Positions 23,651 through 36,576 are shown, counted from the first letter of the stretch. The stretch: 64,000 nt of DNA from Monocercomonoides exilis PA203 (GCA_001643675.2 LSRY02000005.1:1116001-1180000); one strand, 5' to 3'. Translations and numbers: made by a program. The notes: generated from the sequence alone by a model not told the origin.

Positions 23651-26600
23651 TCACTTCTTTTTTGGCAGTGCTTTTGTTGAGCTCGAATTCGACTTTGTTT
23701 TCAGCTTGCGAAGTGGCTCAGTCCACGTGAAGGCATATCCGCGATATTCAGAAAACGAGGCAGAAGCAGAAGCAGAAGCAGAAGCAGAAGAAGAGCCAGG
23801 ACGAGAAGCATTTGCACGTGAGTCTCTATTCGGCTGAGAAGAACAAGCAAAAGCAGATGTGGATGATGAAGCAGAAGCTGATTTCTCTGTTGGTGTGCTA
23901 AGCTGATCAGACATATTGGCCATTTCATGATATGCATTGGAGTAACCACCACTTTTGTTTACATTTCCATTTCCATCTGAACCTGAATCACCTTCTTTCA
24001 ACTGATCCACAAATTCTGAACAAGCCACTTTAACATCACTTGCCCCATTCTGCTCGTTTGCTGCCAGCTGCGCCTCCATCCGCACATCACTGACAAGCTC
24101 TTCTTCTCCCCTTCCAACTTCAAACTCATCATCTCCTTCCATCTTTTCTGCCAGCTCCTGTTTGGCTTCCTTCAGCGAAGAGTCCGAAGCTGCCTGGCGT
24201 TCTTTCAGCTGTTTAGAGTAGTTTTCCTTCATTTTCTGCTTTCTAACAATCAGCTCTTTCTCTCTAATCACTTCATCCACTTGAGGTTTCAGTCTGTTGC
24301 GCAGGTACGAGATGGCATACGGTGGGGCTATGCATACCACAGGGATGACAAGCACATACAGCCAGAAGATGACAGAGCTGCAGTCGCGCCAGAACGAGCC
24401 TGTCATCACGGGCTGCACACCCACATTGAAGATGATGGCTACCAGCACCCACGCGACGAGAGACAGCACTACGATGAGGATGTGCACCCACGTCACCAGG
24501 TTGAACTCCAGACACAGCTTGACTGTCACAGTCACAATGGTCCCTGTGCACAGCGCATTCCCAAAGTACCACATGTCTTCGGCCCGCCCGTCCCACTGGA
24601 TGAGCGTCTCGAACATAAACACGCCCACAAAGAACACTGCAAACGAGCACCACGCCCCATCCACTATCCATCTTACGAAGGTGGCTGGCGTTGCTTCTCT
24701 GCCTAACCTTCCAAGTGCATACGTGGCAGGCAGCTTTGCCATTCGGTTCGGCCTTAGCTCTGCATCGCCCAGGCCATGCACGACAATCGGAGCGACGGTG
24801 AAGATGAGGTTGAATAGTGAAATGAACCAGGACTCGTACATAGACTGCCCAGAGAAGCCGTTGAACCACCCGAACCAGAACATGGTGAGGGTGAACACAA
24901 AGTTCTTGTAGAACGAGTAGAGAATCACCATCGACAGCCGCTTGTAGTTCATCCTCCCGTGTGCCAGCAGCAGCCGCTGGAGAAAGCGGAACTGAGCGAT
25001 GGAGTAGTCAGACGCCAGCACAGCCTGCATCCCTTCGTTCCCGCTTATCCCAACACCCACATGTGCTCTTTGGATCATCGGCACATCGTTTGCGCCATCG
25101 CCAATGGACAGCGTGATTGAGTCGCTGTTGTCGCGAATGGCACCCACGACGTCTGCTTTCTGTTTGGGAGACACACGACAGCAGATCACCACACCGCACT
25201 TCACACAGACAGACAGCGTTTCAGAGATCATCTCGTCAGAGAGGCAAAAAGATAAGGCTGAGCCTTCAATCACCAATGCATAGTTCATAAAGTGCGAGGC
25301 AGGGATGGTGGCAAAGACGTGTGCCAGCTCGTTCATCTGCTTCTTGATGAGGTCGTTGTCGCGCCCAGATATCACCATCATCTGCATCTCCTGTGTCAGC
25401 AGCTTGCAAGCAAAGCCAATGTTGATCGCTGTCTCCTGCTTGTCTCCAGTCAGCACCCACACTTTGATCCCAGCTTTCCTCAGCACTTCGATGCAGTCGG
25501 GCACTCCCTCCTGCAGCTTGTCTTCAATGGCAGTGGAGCCAATCAGTTCCAGCTCTACTTCGATCTCAGCAGCAACTTCATCCACTTTGCTCTGCCGATC
25601 TTCAATTGAGTTCAGGGCGTCCTGATATCTTTTCTCCCACTCCGCAAACTCAGCTTCAGACGCAACGTCCCTCTTTGCAAGCACAAGAGTCCTCAGCCCT
25701 TCTGCTGCATACTCCTTCATGTGATCGAGTGTAGCCTGGAGAACTGACTCGTCTGTCTTTTCTTTGGAAAGCAGAGGAACCATTGTTGCATCGGCTCCCT
25801 TTGAATACACCCGAATCTTCCCGTTTGGCAATCTCACAATTTCTGAGTTCCTTTTCCTGTCAGAATTGAACTCCAGCACATACAACACCTCAAACCTCAC
25901 TTCCACAACACCATTCTCGTCGGGCTGGGGCATTTGTTCATCTCCTCCTTCAAACAGCTCCACTGCTGCAAATGAAGGCATCCTTACAACGTAGCTCTTC
26001 TTCTCTTTCCCTCGGAACTCAAACCCGATCTTCGCAGCAGCAGCAACAAGTGCACCTTCGTCGGGCGAGGCAGCCTGGTATTTCAAAGGCCCTGGGTGAT
26101 GGATGGTGTCTGGCGGTTGGTATTCAGCCATGCTCTTCTGCTCAGACTGCGAGGACGACTGGCCAGCAGGTGAAATACTCTGATCAACAGCACTTGAAGC
26201 AGAGAATGTGGTGCCTGTTGACATCATCGGCTGCTGTTGCTGTGATTCTGCAGATTGATATTCAGAAACTGTGCTCAAAAGTGGCGTTGCGCCTTCGCCT
26301 GTGAGTGAAGGCAAGTTCTTCGAGTATAAATTGCCCTGTCTGCTGGATGACTCGTCAACAGCATCGACTTCCACAATCTGCGAAACAGAGGCAAGAGATG
26401 CACTGCCAGCTGGAGAGGTAGAAAAGGGAGGCTCTGTGATGGGGTTGGTTTCGATAGTTGTCTGTGATGAGGATGTTGAAGAGATCGGAGAAGTGCTGGA
26501 AGAAGGAGTTTCTTTTGAAGAAGCCGAATTTTTAGATTGACTTTTATTTTTCGAGTTTTTAGGAATTTCAGCAAGGCAAGTGTGGCAGACAGACAAGTTC

Positions 26601-27997
26601 GTGAAAAAATCTGCGATTTCTTTTCTCCTCTGAATGCTTTCTTCAGAGCTGCTTCCTTCCTCGCTTTTCAGAATTGCCATCATTTCTTCGTCTTCAAATC
26701 CCCTTCCCGTGGGCTTCGCGTCTTTTATTCCATTTCTCCGGAGCTCAGCTGCTTTGATCTCCGAAATGCCCTTCCCGTACATCTTCCCCCCAATCGAGCA
26801 CTTGAAGAACTCCATCACGTTCTGCGTGAGCGTCCCTGTCTTGTCTGAGAACACATACTCGATCATCCCAAGCGACTCGTTCAGATTGGAAGTCCGGGCA
26901 TTTGCTCTTGTGTCGCTCTTCTCGTCGTACATCTGCTGGTCGTTGTTGATGAAAATCACCTGCCCCAGCTTCACCACCTCGAGCGTGACATAAAGAGAGA
27001 TCGGAATGAGTGTGTTGAATAGAATGATGTGAGTGAGAAATGAAATTGCTCCTTTCGCTCCTGCGTTTTCTTCTGTTGCTTTCAAATACCAATGATCTTT
27101 CACGCGGTAGTAGAAAATTCCACACATGATCGCACAAAAGAGACAAAACAATATCTGAAAACCAAACGCAATAAAAACAAAGATATTTAATAGGTTTTCG
27201 AGTTTAGTCTTTTTCGCAGGAGATTTCCCAGAATTCTTCATGATTTTTGTTTCATGGCCTGTATAAACAACAAACCCAATTATATATGGTGTATTTCTCA
27301 AAGAACATGATCGTAAAATAACATTGTTGTTATCTATAGTCTTCACTCCAGTGTTTTGAAGTTCAATTGATCCATTAAAAACATATAAATGCGGATTTGG
27401 TTTATCGCACTGAAGATGACCTTCCAAATTTTTAATGTTATCAGGTGAATTTAAAAGCTTATCATCAAATTGCAATGCCTGCTTTGTCTTTAGGTTTGTT
27501 TCTCCATCAAGATTAGTCGTTTCAATGTTGCATACACCCTGGTCCAAAGGAGAGTAAAAAATAACGACATCTGCAGGGATAAGATCATCGCACATTATTT
27601 TCACAAAATCTCCAACTTTCACATCTTTCCACTGACCTTCAATAAAATCTTCTCCGTTCCATATAAGTGTTGCTTTTGCATTTGCTTTCCTATCACTTGA
27701 ATATCGTCTCAAATCTTCCAGAAGATCCTTAACCATTGTGACAAGAATAACAAACACTAAAGGAAGAATTGATGTAACAGGATTCAAAGTCGTTAGTCCA
27801 GGAATGAGCTGAAGAATAGCAATAAGCAAAAAGTAAACATTTGCCAATCTGCAGAACTGCTGGAATAAATTCATTGGAACAAATGTTAAAGGGCTATATT
27901 TTGTTGTGCTTACAACATTTGATTTGTATTGGACAGGCTGAATGCCACCGATAAGAATATCTCTAAATGAAGCTTCACCTTTTGATGAGTCTGACAT
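23651..27997 (-). CDS. P4-type ATPase (phospholipid flippase, DRS2/ATP8-like), intronless
   Basis: NLDGETNLK, IPISLYVTLE, FSDKTGTLT, YQAASPDE, EFNSDRKR, KGAD, LTGDKQETA and IGDGANDV motifs plus C-terminal TM helices. Confidence 0.97.
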   Translation of the reverse strand: MSDSSKGEASFRDILIGGIQPVQYKSNVVSTTKYSPLTFVPMNLFQQFCRLANVYFLLIAILQLIPGLTTLNPVTSILPLVFVILVTMVKDLLEDLRRYSSDRKANAKATLIWNGEDFIEGQWKDVKVGDFVKIMCDDLIPADVVIFYSPLDQGVCNIETTNLDGETNLKTKQALQFDDKLLNSPDNIKNLEGHLQCDKPNPHLYVFNGSIELQNTGVKTIDNNNVILRSCSLRNTPYIIGFVVYTGHETKIMKNSGKSPAKKTKLENLLNIFVFIAFGFQILFCLFCAIMCGIFYYRVKDHWYLKATEENAGAKGAISFLTHIILFNTLIPISLYVTLEVVKLGQVIFINNDQQMYDEKSDTRANARTSNLNESLGMIEYVFSDKTGTLTQNVMEFFKCSIGGKMYGKGISEIKAAELRRNGIKDAKPTGRGFEDEEMMAILKSEEGSSSEESIQRRKEIADFFTNLSVCHTCLAEIPKNSKNKSQSKNSASSKETPSSSTSPISSTSSSQTTIETNPITEPPFSTSPAGSASLASVSQIVEVDAVDESSSRQGNLYSKNLPSLTGEGATPLLSTVSEYQSAESQQQQPMMSTGTTFSASSAVDQSISPAGQSSSQSEQKSMAEYQPPDTIHHPGPLKYQAASPDEGALVAAAAKIGFEFRGKEKKSYVVRMPSFAAVELFEGGDEQMPQPDENGVVEVRFEVLYVLEFNSDRKRNSEIVRLPNGKIRVYSKGADATMVPLLSKEKTDESVLQATLDHMKEYAAEGLRTLVLAKRDVASEAEFAEWEKRYQDALNSIEDRQSKVDEVAAEIEVELELIGSTAIEDKLQEGVPDCIEVLRKAGIKVWVLTGDKQETAINIGFACKLLTQEMQMMVISGRDNDLIKKQMNELAHVFATIPASHFMNYALVIEGSALSFCLSDEMISETLSVCVKCGVVICCRVSPKQKADVVGAIRDNSDSITLSIGDGANDVPMIQRAHVGVGISGNEGMQAVLASDYSIAQFRFLQRLLLAHGRMNYKRLSMVILYSFYKNFVFTLTMFWFGWFNGFSGQSMYESWFISLFNLIFTVAPIVVHGLGDAELRPNRMAKLPATYALGRLGREATPATFVRWIVDGAWCSFAVFFVGVFMFETLIQWDGRAEDMWYFGNALCTGTIVTVTVKLCLEFNLVTWVHILIVVLSLVAWVLVAIIFNVGVQPVMTGSFWRDCSSVIFWLYVLVIPVVCIAPPYAISYLRNRLKPQVDEVIREKELIVRKQKMKENYSKQLKERQAASDSSLKEAKQELAEKMEGDDEFEVGRGEEELVSDVRMEAQLAANEQNGASDVKVACSEFVDQLKEGDSGSDGNGNVNKSGGYSNAYHEMANMSDQLSTPTEKSASASSSTSAFACSSQPNRDSRANASRPGSSSASASASASASFSEYRGYAFTWTEPLRKLKTKSNSSSTKALPKKK

Positions 27998-28167
27998 TTT
28001 ATGGTTAACTTTTTCTGCTTTATTTCAATGATTTTGACGTATTTATTACGTGCAATTAAATATAAAAGAATGCCAAAAAAGTTTTTTCAAAATATCAAAG
28101 ATCAATGATAATTCTGTAAGCAACAATGGTTACCAGATCGTGTGTTGTGTTTGTTCGACCTTTCTAA
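27998..28167. promoter_or_regulatory. Putative 170-bp bidirectional promoter between the P4-ATPase and Arp3
   Basis: Head-to-head ATGs at 27997 (-) and 28168 (+). Confidence 0.55.
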
Positions 28168-29930
28168 ATGACTGACAAAGTTGCTATTATTGATGTTGGT
28201 ACGGGATACACAAAGATGGGTGTAGCTCCAAACTCAACACCTCAATATGTGATTCCTTCGGTCATTGGCATTAGAGATCAAAAGCTCTCTTCAACGATTA
28301 CAAAGAAAACTGGATTAGAGGAGCTTGATTTTCTCATTGGTGATGAAGCAGTTTCAAATTCAAAAGCGTATCCATCAGAGAAATTTATGTCTCATGGTAT
28401 TGTCAGCAACTGGGATCACATGGAAAAATTTTATGAGCAATGCTTTTACAAATACCTCCGCCTTAATCCCGAAGATTATAACGTGATGCTGGTATGACTT
28501 TTCTCTTTTTCATTTTTTCTAGTAAATTAACTGTTGCGAATTCTCTTTAATAATTGATGCACACTTTCTAATAATATTTGCATTTGATATTTCAAAACTC
28601 TTTCAGACTGAACCTCCTCTTAACTCCCCAGAAAACAGAGAATATCTCGCTGAAGTCATGTTTGAAACCTTCAACGTTAAAGGAATGTATATCGCTGTCC
28701 AAGCTGTTCTTGCGATTTGCGCAACATGGCTGTCAAAAAATCAAACTTCACAGAAATTGACTGGTACTGTGGTTGATTCTGGTGATGGTGTCACACATAT
28801 TATTCCTGTCGTATGTTCATGTTATTTATTAATGTCTTGCAAAATATGAAAACTCTTTTTTTTCACGATTATGAAAGTCTGATGGTGCAGTCATTCCATC
28901 TGCCATCAAACACATTCCAATTGCAGGAAGCGACTTCACCAAATTCATTCTCGAAATGATTCGTGATCGCGAGCCAGCACTTCCATCAGATGAAGCAATG
29001 CAAATTGCAAGAAATATTAAAGTGTGCAAAAATCGTCAAATATTGTAATAAATCAAAATATGCAATTTAACCGATTTCTCATAAATCGTTTTTTTTAATT
29101 GCAACAGGAAAAGTATTGCTATGTTTCTAACCACATGGTGCGTGAGTACGAAAAGTGGGATTCTAATCCACAAGATTACTTCAAGAAATATGAGGGTGTT
29201 CACAGCGTAACAAAGAAAGTTTGCGAAATTTATTTGAATTTGAGTTTTTAAAAATAAAATTTGCTGTGTTTTTTGATTTTTAACAATAATTACCAACAAT
29301 CCAGCCCTATTCAATAGATATTGGATATGAAAGGTTCCTTGCTCCAGAGATCTTCTTCAACCCAGAAATTTACTCAACCCAACACACAACACCACTTCCC
29401 GTCTTGGTTGACACAGCCATCCAGGCATCTCCTGTCGATTGCAGAAGAGCACTTTACTCAAACATTGTGCTGTCTGGTATGAATAATGATTCAAAAATAC
29501 ATGAAATTTTATGAAAATTAAAATTATTATTATTATTATTATGTAAATGTGATTTTTTTGTAGTGTTTTTTTCCGTTTTTATACTTTTAAAACGTTGAGC
29601 ATTTTCATTTATTTTATCGCTGCTGTTTCTCTCTTTTTATTATCAGGTGGTTCAACACTTTTCAAGCACTTTGACAAGCGTCTTCAGAAAGATATCACAT
29701 CCATCGTCACAAAGCGACTGGCAGAGCACGAACGCAAGTCCGGAGTCGCGCCCACGCCCATTGAGACAAAAGTGATTTCACATCATTTCCAGAGGAACGC
29801 TGTGTATTTCGGTGGGTCGATTCTGGCGCAGTCGGGGCAGTTCGCCTCGCTTGTCCACACAAAAGCACAGTACGACGAGTACGGCCCGTCGATCTGCAGA
29901 GTGTCACCTACGTTCAGTTCGCTTATGTGA
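28168..29930 (+). CDS. ARP3: Actin-related protein 3 (Arp2/3 complex); 6 exons (28168-28491, 28607-28810, 28878-29021, 29108-29218, 29305-29476, 29647-29930)
   Basis: [75 protein letters not shown] and [10 protein letters not shown]. All introns are GT-AG and in frame. Confidence 0.95.
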
Positions 29931-30368
29931 GAAGGGATTTCTTCGCTTGAGGGGTTGTGTGTAAAGTTGGGTGTGGGTGTGGGTGTGTGTGGAATGTTTA
30001 TCATTTTGTTTTTCTTTTTATGAGAGTGCGACAACTTGAAGAAGAGACTTTTTTTTTGGATAGTTGTCAATTGCATTATTACACATAATACAGTTATCTC
30101 TGTCTTCCACTGTAGTTCTATCTTCCTTATGTTCTTTTTTAACATATTTCTTATTGAGCATTCACATTGCAAAACTACCAATGTACTTGGTAAAACGTAA
30201 AAATAATTATAAAAAGCATTAAAAAATGACTTTCAGCTTTTTTTTAAATGTAAAATGCAATGCTACTGTTTTTTCAATTAAAAATATAGCAAGGTCTTTA
30301 ATATTGAATATTAAGAAAACGAATGTTTTCTTGAGAATTGATCAATCTCCCATCATTGCATCGATCAA

Positions 30369-33295
30369 ATGAGCTATAACTTTAATAGCATCCCACAGGT
30401 TCTAACCGCTGATGAATTGGTCAATGTGGTGTTGTCTTACACTCAACGAAAAACGCCTACTGAAGTGCACACAAGCTTTCAGATATCCAGAATCCGTGGC
30501 TTCTATATGAGAAAAGTTAAGACAACTCAACAAGTTTTTCATAAAAAACTTTCTGATATTTTGGATCGCTTTCCTAGATTAGATGTATGCGAATAAATTT
30601 GGCATTTCAAGAACGATTTATTATTTTTGCTTTCTCTTAAAGGATATTCATCCATTTTTTGCAGATCTTATGAATGTATTGTATGATAAAGATCATTACA
30701 AGCTTGCACTCGGACAAATAAATATGGCTCGTCACTTAATTGATAATATTGCAAGAGATTACATTAAAATGATGAAATATGCCGATTCCCTGTATCGATG
30801 CAAACAACTTAAAAGAGCAGCTCTTGGAAGGATGTGCACATTGATCAAAAAGATTAAACATTCCTTCGCATACTTGGAGTATGTTAGGCAACATCTTTCT
30901 CGGTTGCCAAACATCAATCCAACAACAAAAACACTTATTATTTCTGGATATCCAAATGTTGGAAAAACATCTCTTGTTAACCAACTAACAAACACAAAAC
31001 TTGACGTACAACCTTATGCATTTACAACAAAGTCACTTCTCCTCGGACACATGGACTTCAAATATTCTACTTGGCAGGTTATGGATACACCAGGTATTCT
31101 TGATCATGCACTTGAAGAAAGAAATACGATTGAAATGCAGAGCGTTACAGCGTTAGCACATCTTCAAGCAGCTATTGTTTTCGTCATTGATATGTCCGAG
31201 GCTTGCGGCTATCCTGTCGAACAGCAAGTTCGCCTGTTCCACAATCTGAAGCCATTGTTCATTGGAAAGCCATTGATCCTGATGCTCAACAAAGTTGATA
31301 AAATAACATTTGATGAGCTCGATGACGAACGAAAAACATTGATTTTGAATGAAGTGCGAGAAGTTGAGAAAAATCCAACTTTGATGTTTGTTCGTCGGAC
31401 GCTAGCGGATGTGGAGGCGCAGGAGAAAGAAAACGAGGAAAGCTCTCGTGAGCTGCGAGGGACGATGACAATGGACGAGGCATCTGCCGCAACGACAACA
31501 CAACCAGGTGCTGCACTTACACTGGAAGAGGCAGAAAAGAACAATTCGCTCAATGTTCCATGTGTGTTGCATCACGGCATCTTCATTGATGTTGTTGAGA
31601 CATCCACTTTGAAATGCACTGGTTTAGCGGTTGTCAAGGAATTTGCCTGCGAAAGACTGTTGAAGCTTAGAGAGCAGGTCAAGTCACGCACTTCAAAGAC
31701 CGCTGCAGCAGCTACATCGTTGATGATTACATTCCCTCAGCATGTGGTTTGCCAATTGGATTTGTTGTTTTATTTCAAATATTCGTTGAATCTAATATAT
31801 CTAATATATTAATGTATTAATGTATTAAACTTGTTTGAATTTTTTTTTATCTGTGATTGCGTATGCTTCTATTTGTTATTTCAAAACAGGAACCAGGCCG
31901 AGGACCAATTATTCCAGACAGCGTGCTGCAGATGAAGAAAGAGCGTCAGCAAGCACTTGCAGAAGAGCTTGCTCGGAAAGCAGCGCGTGGAGGAGAAGAC
32001 GACGAAGACGAGGACGAATTTGGAGAGAAGGAGATGGATTTTGGCGGAATGGACATTGACATGGAAGAAAAGAAGCCAAAGAGAGAACTGGAAAGAGATC
32101 GTGCGCTAAGAGAGCAAGGGGCTTATGTGCCAAAAACAAGAGGTTTGAATACTTGAGAAGAAGGATTGAGGTGGCAGCAGAAATGGGTTGTTGCTTCTTC
32201 AATTGTTGATGTTTGAAGTGAAAAAGTTTTTTATTCAAATTTTTATAATGTTTTTGGTATAATTACTTTTTTTCATCAAATTTGTAAATACATTTTTTGA
32301 ATAATCTTTTTCTTCTATTGATTAATCAATGTGAATTTTCCATTGCTTGCTTTAAAACAACAGAGCTATACATTCTTGCTGATCCTGAATGGAAGTTTGA
32401 TACCATCCCTGAGATTATGGATGGGAAGAACATAGCAGATTTCGTTGATCCAGACATTGAGCGCAAGCTGAAGGAGCTTGAAGAGGAGGAAGAGCAGCTG
32501 CTTAAGCAGGAAAGGGCAGCAAGAAAAGAGAGGCGTGCGGCTGGGCTGCAGACAGACGATGACTACAGGATTGAAGTGCATCACGACCATCACAGGCCAA
32601 TTGTGGACAAGGAAGAGGAATCTGAGTTTACGAGGCTGAAGATGATTGCAGGGGCAAAGAAGGAGAAGGTGCGAGAGAGAGAGAGAAAGATGCAGGAGAG
32701 GAAGAAGAAGCTGAAGGAAGAGAGGAAGAGAAGAAAGCAAATGGGTGAAGATCAAGACGAGGATGATGATATGAGCCCAGAGCTGAAGAAGAAGAAGAAG
32801 AAGATGGATGAAGACGATGAAGACGATGAAGAAGAAGATGAAGACGATGATGAAGATTCAGACATATCTGAATCTGACGAATTTGACTTGAAGCATTACG
32901 ATTCTGACTCATCCGAAGAGCTCGAAGGCAAAAGGAAGCGTGGGCGGTTTGCTGAAGAAAAGAAAGGCTCGCAGTCGCGTGCCAGGTCGCGGTCGAAGTC
33001 GGTGCTGCGTGCAAACATGGAGAAGCGTGCTGCCTCTTTGCGTGCACCGTCTGTGGGCAGACCCGCTCCTCGCGATGCTCATTCGATCCGTCTGGTTACG
33101 GATTCGATCGTGAAGGGAGAAGGGTTCTCGTCATTGGAGCAAAGAGAGAGAGCGAGAAAGAAGATGAAGAAAGCGCAGAAGATGGAGTTCGGATACCGCG
33201 GAAAGAGGGGAGAATCAGACAAGCATGTGGACAACAGGATGCCGAAACATTTGTTTACCGGAAAGTTCAGCATTGGAAAGAGAGATCGCAGATAA
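30369..33295 (+). CDS. NOG1: Nucleolar GTP-binding protein 1; 4 exons (30369-30584, 30643-31746, 31890-32142, 32364-33295)
   Basis: [44 protein letters not shown], the NOGCT motif [18 protein letters not shown], and the C-terminus PKHLFTGK...DRR. Confidence 0.96.
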
Positions 33296-34908
33296 AGTCA
33301 ATTCACTCTTGTCTCTGCAGCGCAGTTGTTATTTGTTGTTCCTTCTGCTCAAAAAGTCTTTTTTGAATTTTTTTATTTTTAAAAATTTTTTACAGAATTT
33401 TTGATTTTTTTGAATGCAAAGTGTTCTTATTTCACTTCAGACCGTTTGAACCTCTTTTCTTTCACCTCACAGAAAAAATGAAAAGAGGGAAAAATTGAAC
33501 AATTGAAAGAAACAGGATCATTTACGATTGATACTTATATCAGTTTTATTTTTCCAAAGGTTTGTAACTTCAATGCACAAATGAACTACAAACTCGCAAA
33601 AACCTAACTTAAAAAAAGTGAAGAAAAGAAAAGGAAAGAATTTCCTTCTTCAAAACCAACACAAACTATCAATGATAATTGTAAAAGTGGATTGAGATAA
33701 CTGTGAAGGGTATTTACAAGTTATCCATGCAAAAACTTGTTGTGAAAAAATGGTGATAAAGATGAATAAAGGACCAGTTAAGAATAAATGAATAAGAAAA
33801 GCAAACGAATAAAAGTGGAGTGCTTCATAAAAAAAAACATTAAATGATGAAACTATTCAAATAAGAAATGTGTCTGAATGGGAACATTTTCTTGAAACAA
33901 GACAAAAATAAAAGTTAAATAAACAAAAAAATAGCGTATGACAATCTGCCTCGTTGAAAGCTTTTTATCTGGGCTTGAATAATAAATGACAATAGAGCCT
34001 TCAAATCATATCGAAGCAGTAGCAAGGCATCAAGGCTCATAATGTGTTTAGGAATATATGTCAATAAAATTGCAACTTCCGAATAACAATTGAATGTTAT
34101 AAACGGAAATGAAATACGGCTTCTGATAAAGTCAGCAATGATTATACACAAAATAAAAGGCAACACCTCGCAAAAAATAAAAATTAAATAAAAAAACAGA
34201 TTCACGAATGTGTGTATGGATGTTGTGAATATCAATGTGAATAAAAGAAAAAAAAAACAAATAAAAAATAAAAAATAAAAGAAACTTGAAACACGAACAA
34301 GCAACTAACCATATATTAAAAATTTTCTGTCAAATCATTTAACAATTGTATTTTTAAAGGACGAATAATAAGAAGCATAACATTTGCACATCAATGCAGT
34401 TGCCTTTTATAAACATATCAAAAAAGAAAGAAAGAAATTAACAAATTCAACAAACATAAAGCACAAATTGTGTTCCATTTCAAAACATTTCTTTATGACA
34501 ATTGTTTCATCTCTATCTATCAAAAACATATCAGCAAAACATTTCAACAGAGGAACAAGACATTTGCTTCAAGCTATGAAAAAGAGGCTAATAAAAATGA
34601 ATAGCAAAATACAACATTAAAAGCGCTCCATGAAATAAATGGAATAAAAAATTATCACTTCACAAAACGCACAATTGGCAACAATAGGAAAAAGATTCAA
34701 AAGATCAGCAAGATGTTATCCAAAAATAAAGTTGAAACAAGCTTCTTTTTAGAGAAAGGTGCGCAAAAGACTGAAAAATCACATTCAATTGCAAAATTTG
34801 TCACTATTGTCTTTAAAAGATAACCTTCGAAGAAACTCTGCCAAAAGAATAAAAAATGCAGCCATTATTTCACAGTTTCTCTATCAGCTCAGCGACTCGC
34901 TTAAAAAG

Positions 34909-36123
34909 TCACGTGCTCGTTGAAATTAATGAAGATAAGCTCGGAGGTTTTGGAAGAGGAGGGAAAACAACACTTTCCGAATCTGCAGAAGAAGACGAAA
35001 CGAGCAATTTCGAGCTAACAGGAGCAATTGTTGCCTCAGAATCCAGAATAGAAGAAGAGGCAGGTGATGCAGTTGAACATGCTGTCATTTGTGTTGACCG
35101 AAGACAGCAAATGGATGTTGTCTTTGGTGAAAGTGTTCGGGCATTGCAGCCTTCAACAATTGCTGTGTAGTATCTTTGGAAGGTCTCTGATGAAATATTA
35201 ACATCATAATTAAGAAGTTTCAAAAGCAGAACTTCAGTTTCGTTTATCATCTGGAGTGGCGCGTTGAATGTTCTCGACCACCATCCGTTTGGCAAAGGCT
35301 TATCACCTTGAAAAAAAAGTATGATAACAATTACATGTTTAATATAACAATGTCAAAAAAGATTCGATTCTATTTCAAAAAAATTTTTAAAATGAAAAAG
35401 CATACAAGAGAATTTGTGTGCAATCATTATTGTGACAAGAACCACAAGAAAGACATTATCCCTGTTTAATGCAAAACGGCCTTGTTTCCAATGAAGTCGA
35501 GACAAAGTATCAATCAGAGATAAGGAAAGAAGAAGTTCTGTTGTTATAAGCTTTGAATGATAACGAATTGAACAAAGAAAAGTTGTTAGATCTTGTTGCG
35601 TCTTTTTAACCTCAAATTCAGCCACTTTATTTTGATCTTGATGAACTTCAACTGTGTTTAGGAGAGACTTTTTGTTTTCTCCATTTGAAAGTGGGGAAGG
35701 GTTCATCGGAGCAGTAGCATTTATTGATGAGGATGATACCGAATCGTTAGGCGAGGGGCATACAGGTGGGGTTAGAATATTACAAGAAGAAATTTCAGGA
35801 CTTCGATTAAACTCTGAAAGAGTTGGTGAACAAAAAGACTGAGATTCCTGGATGCTTGCACGTTTTGGAGACACGCAACTTGAATTTGTCAAGCACAATG
35901 ATGATGGAGTGAGATGTGCCACTTGCGCAATGCCTGGAAAATAAATTCATTTGAAACTTTTTTTCAGATTATTGGGAAAATAATGCAAACAATAAGCCGC
36001 AAATTCTATTACAGGTGTTCTTACGCAACTTGTCGCAAAGCAAATTTTAGGACAATCAAATATTGGCTCACTTTCGTTGAAATATTTTTTATCATCTGTG
36101 GCATTTATGTATCCAGTCATCAT
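34909..36123 (-). CDS. PHO80/U-type cyclin-fold protein; 3 exons (36123-36072, 35933-35406, 35306-34909)
   Basis: LLLSLSLIDTL...LNRDNVFLVVLVTIMIAHKFSCDKPLPNGWWSR...INETEVLLLKLLNYDV matches the PHO80/PREG cyclin box. Both introns are phase-compatible. Confidence 0.8.
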
Positions 36124-36576
36124 TTCTTGAAATACAAGTCGCAGAAGTCTCACAACTAAAATTTGTCCCAAGCAAAAAGATAACTGAAAATCTGCAAAGC
36201 GGCTACTGTAATTGTTTGCAGTATCTCTTCATCCCCCAAAAAACGATTTGCTTTATACATCACGTCACCATTTCTCGTCATAAAAAATCAAAGGAAAGTT
36301 CATTTTAAATAAATTTTTAATACTCTATATTATCGGCTCTTTGTAAAACGGATGGTTCATGAAACACATTAGCTTATTCCATAAAACAGTTTTAAATGAA
36401 TATCAAACACTTTGAATAATGTTATGGGAAATTCTACTGAAAGATGATATTTATAAAAAAAATAAGATAAATATAACCTGTTTTGAAATTTCCTTTTATT
36501 TTATATCTGTTGTAAAACTTAAAATGCAAAATAAAAAATTTGAAAAAATATCAAAACTGTTTTGAAATGAATTAGC

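Noticed and set aside
33300-34900. ORFs 33915-34304 and 34384-34620
   Set aside because: F/I/L/K-rich translations of AT-rich convergent 3'UTR or intergenic DNA.
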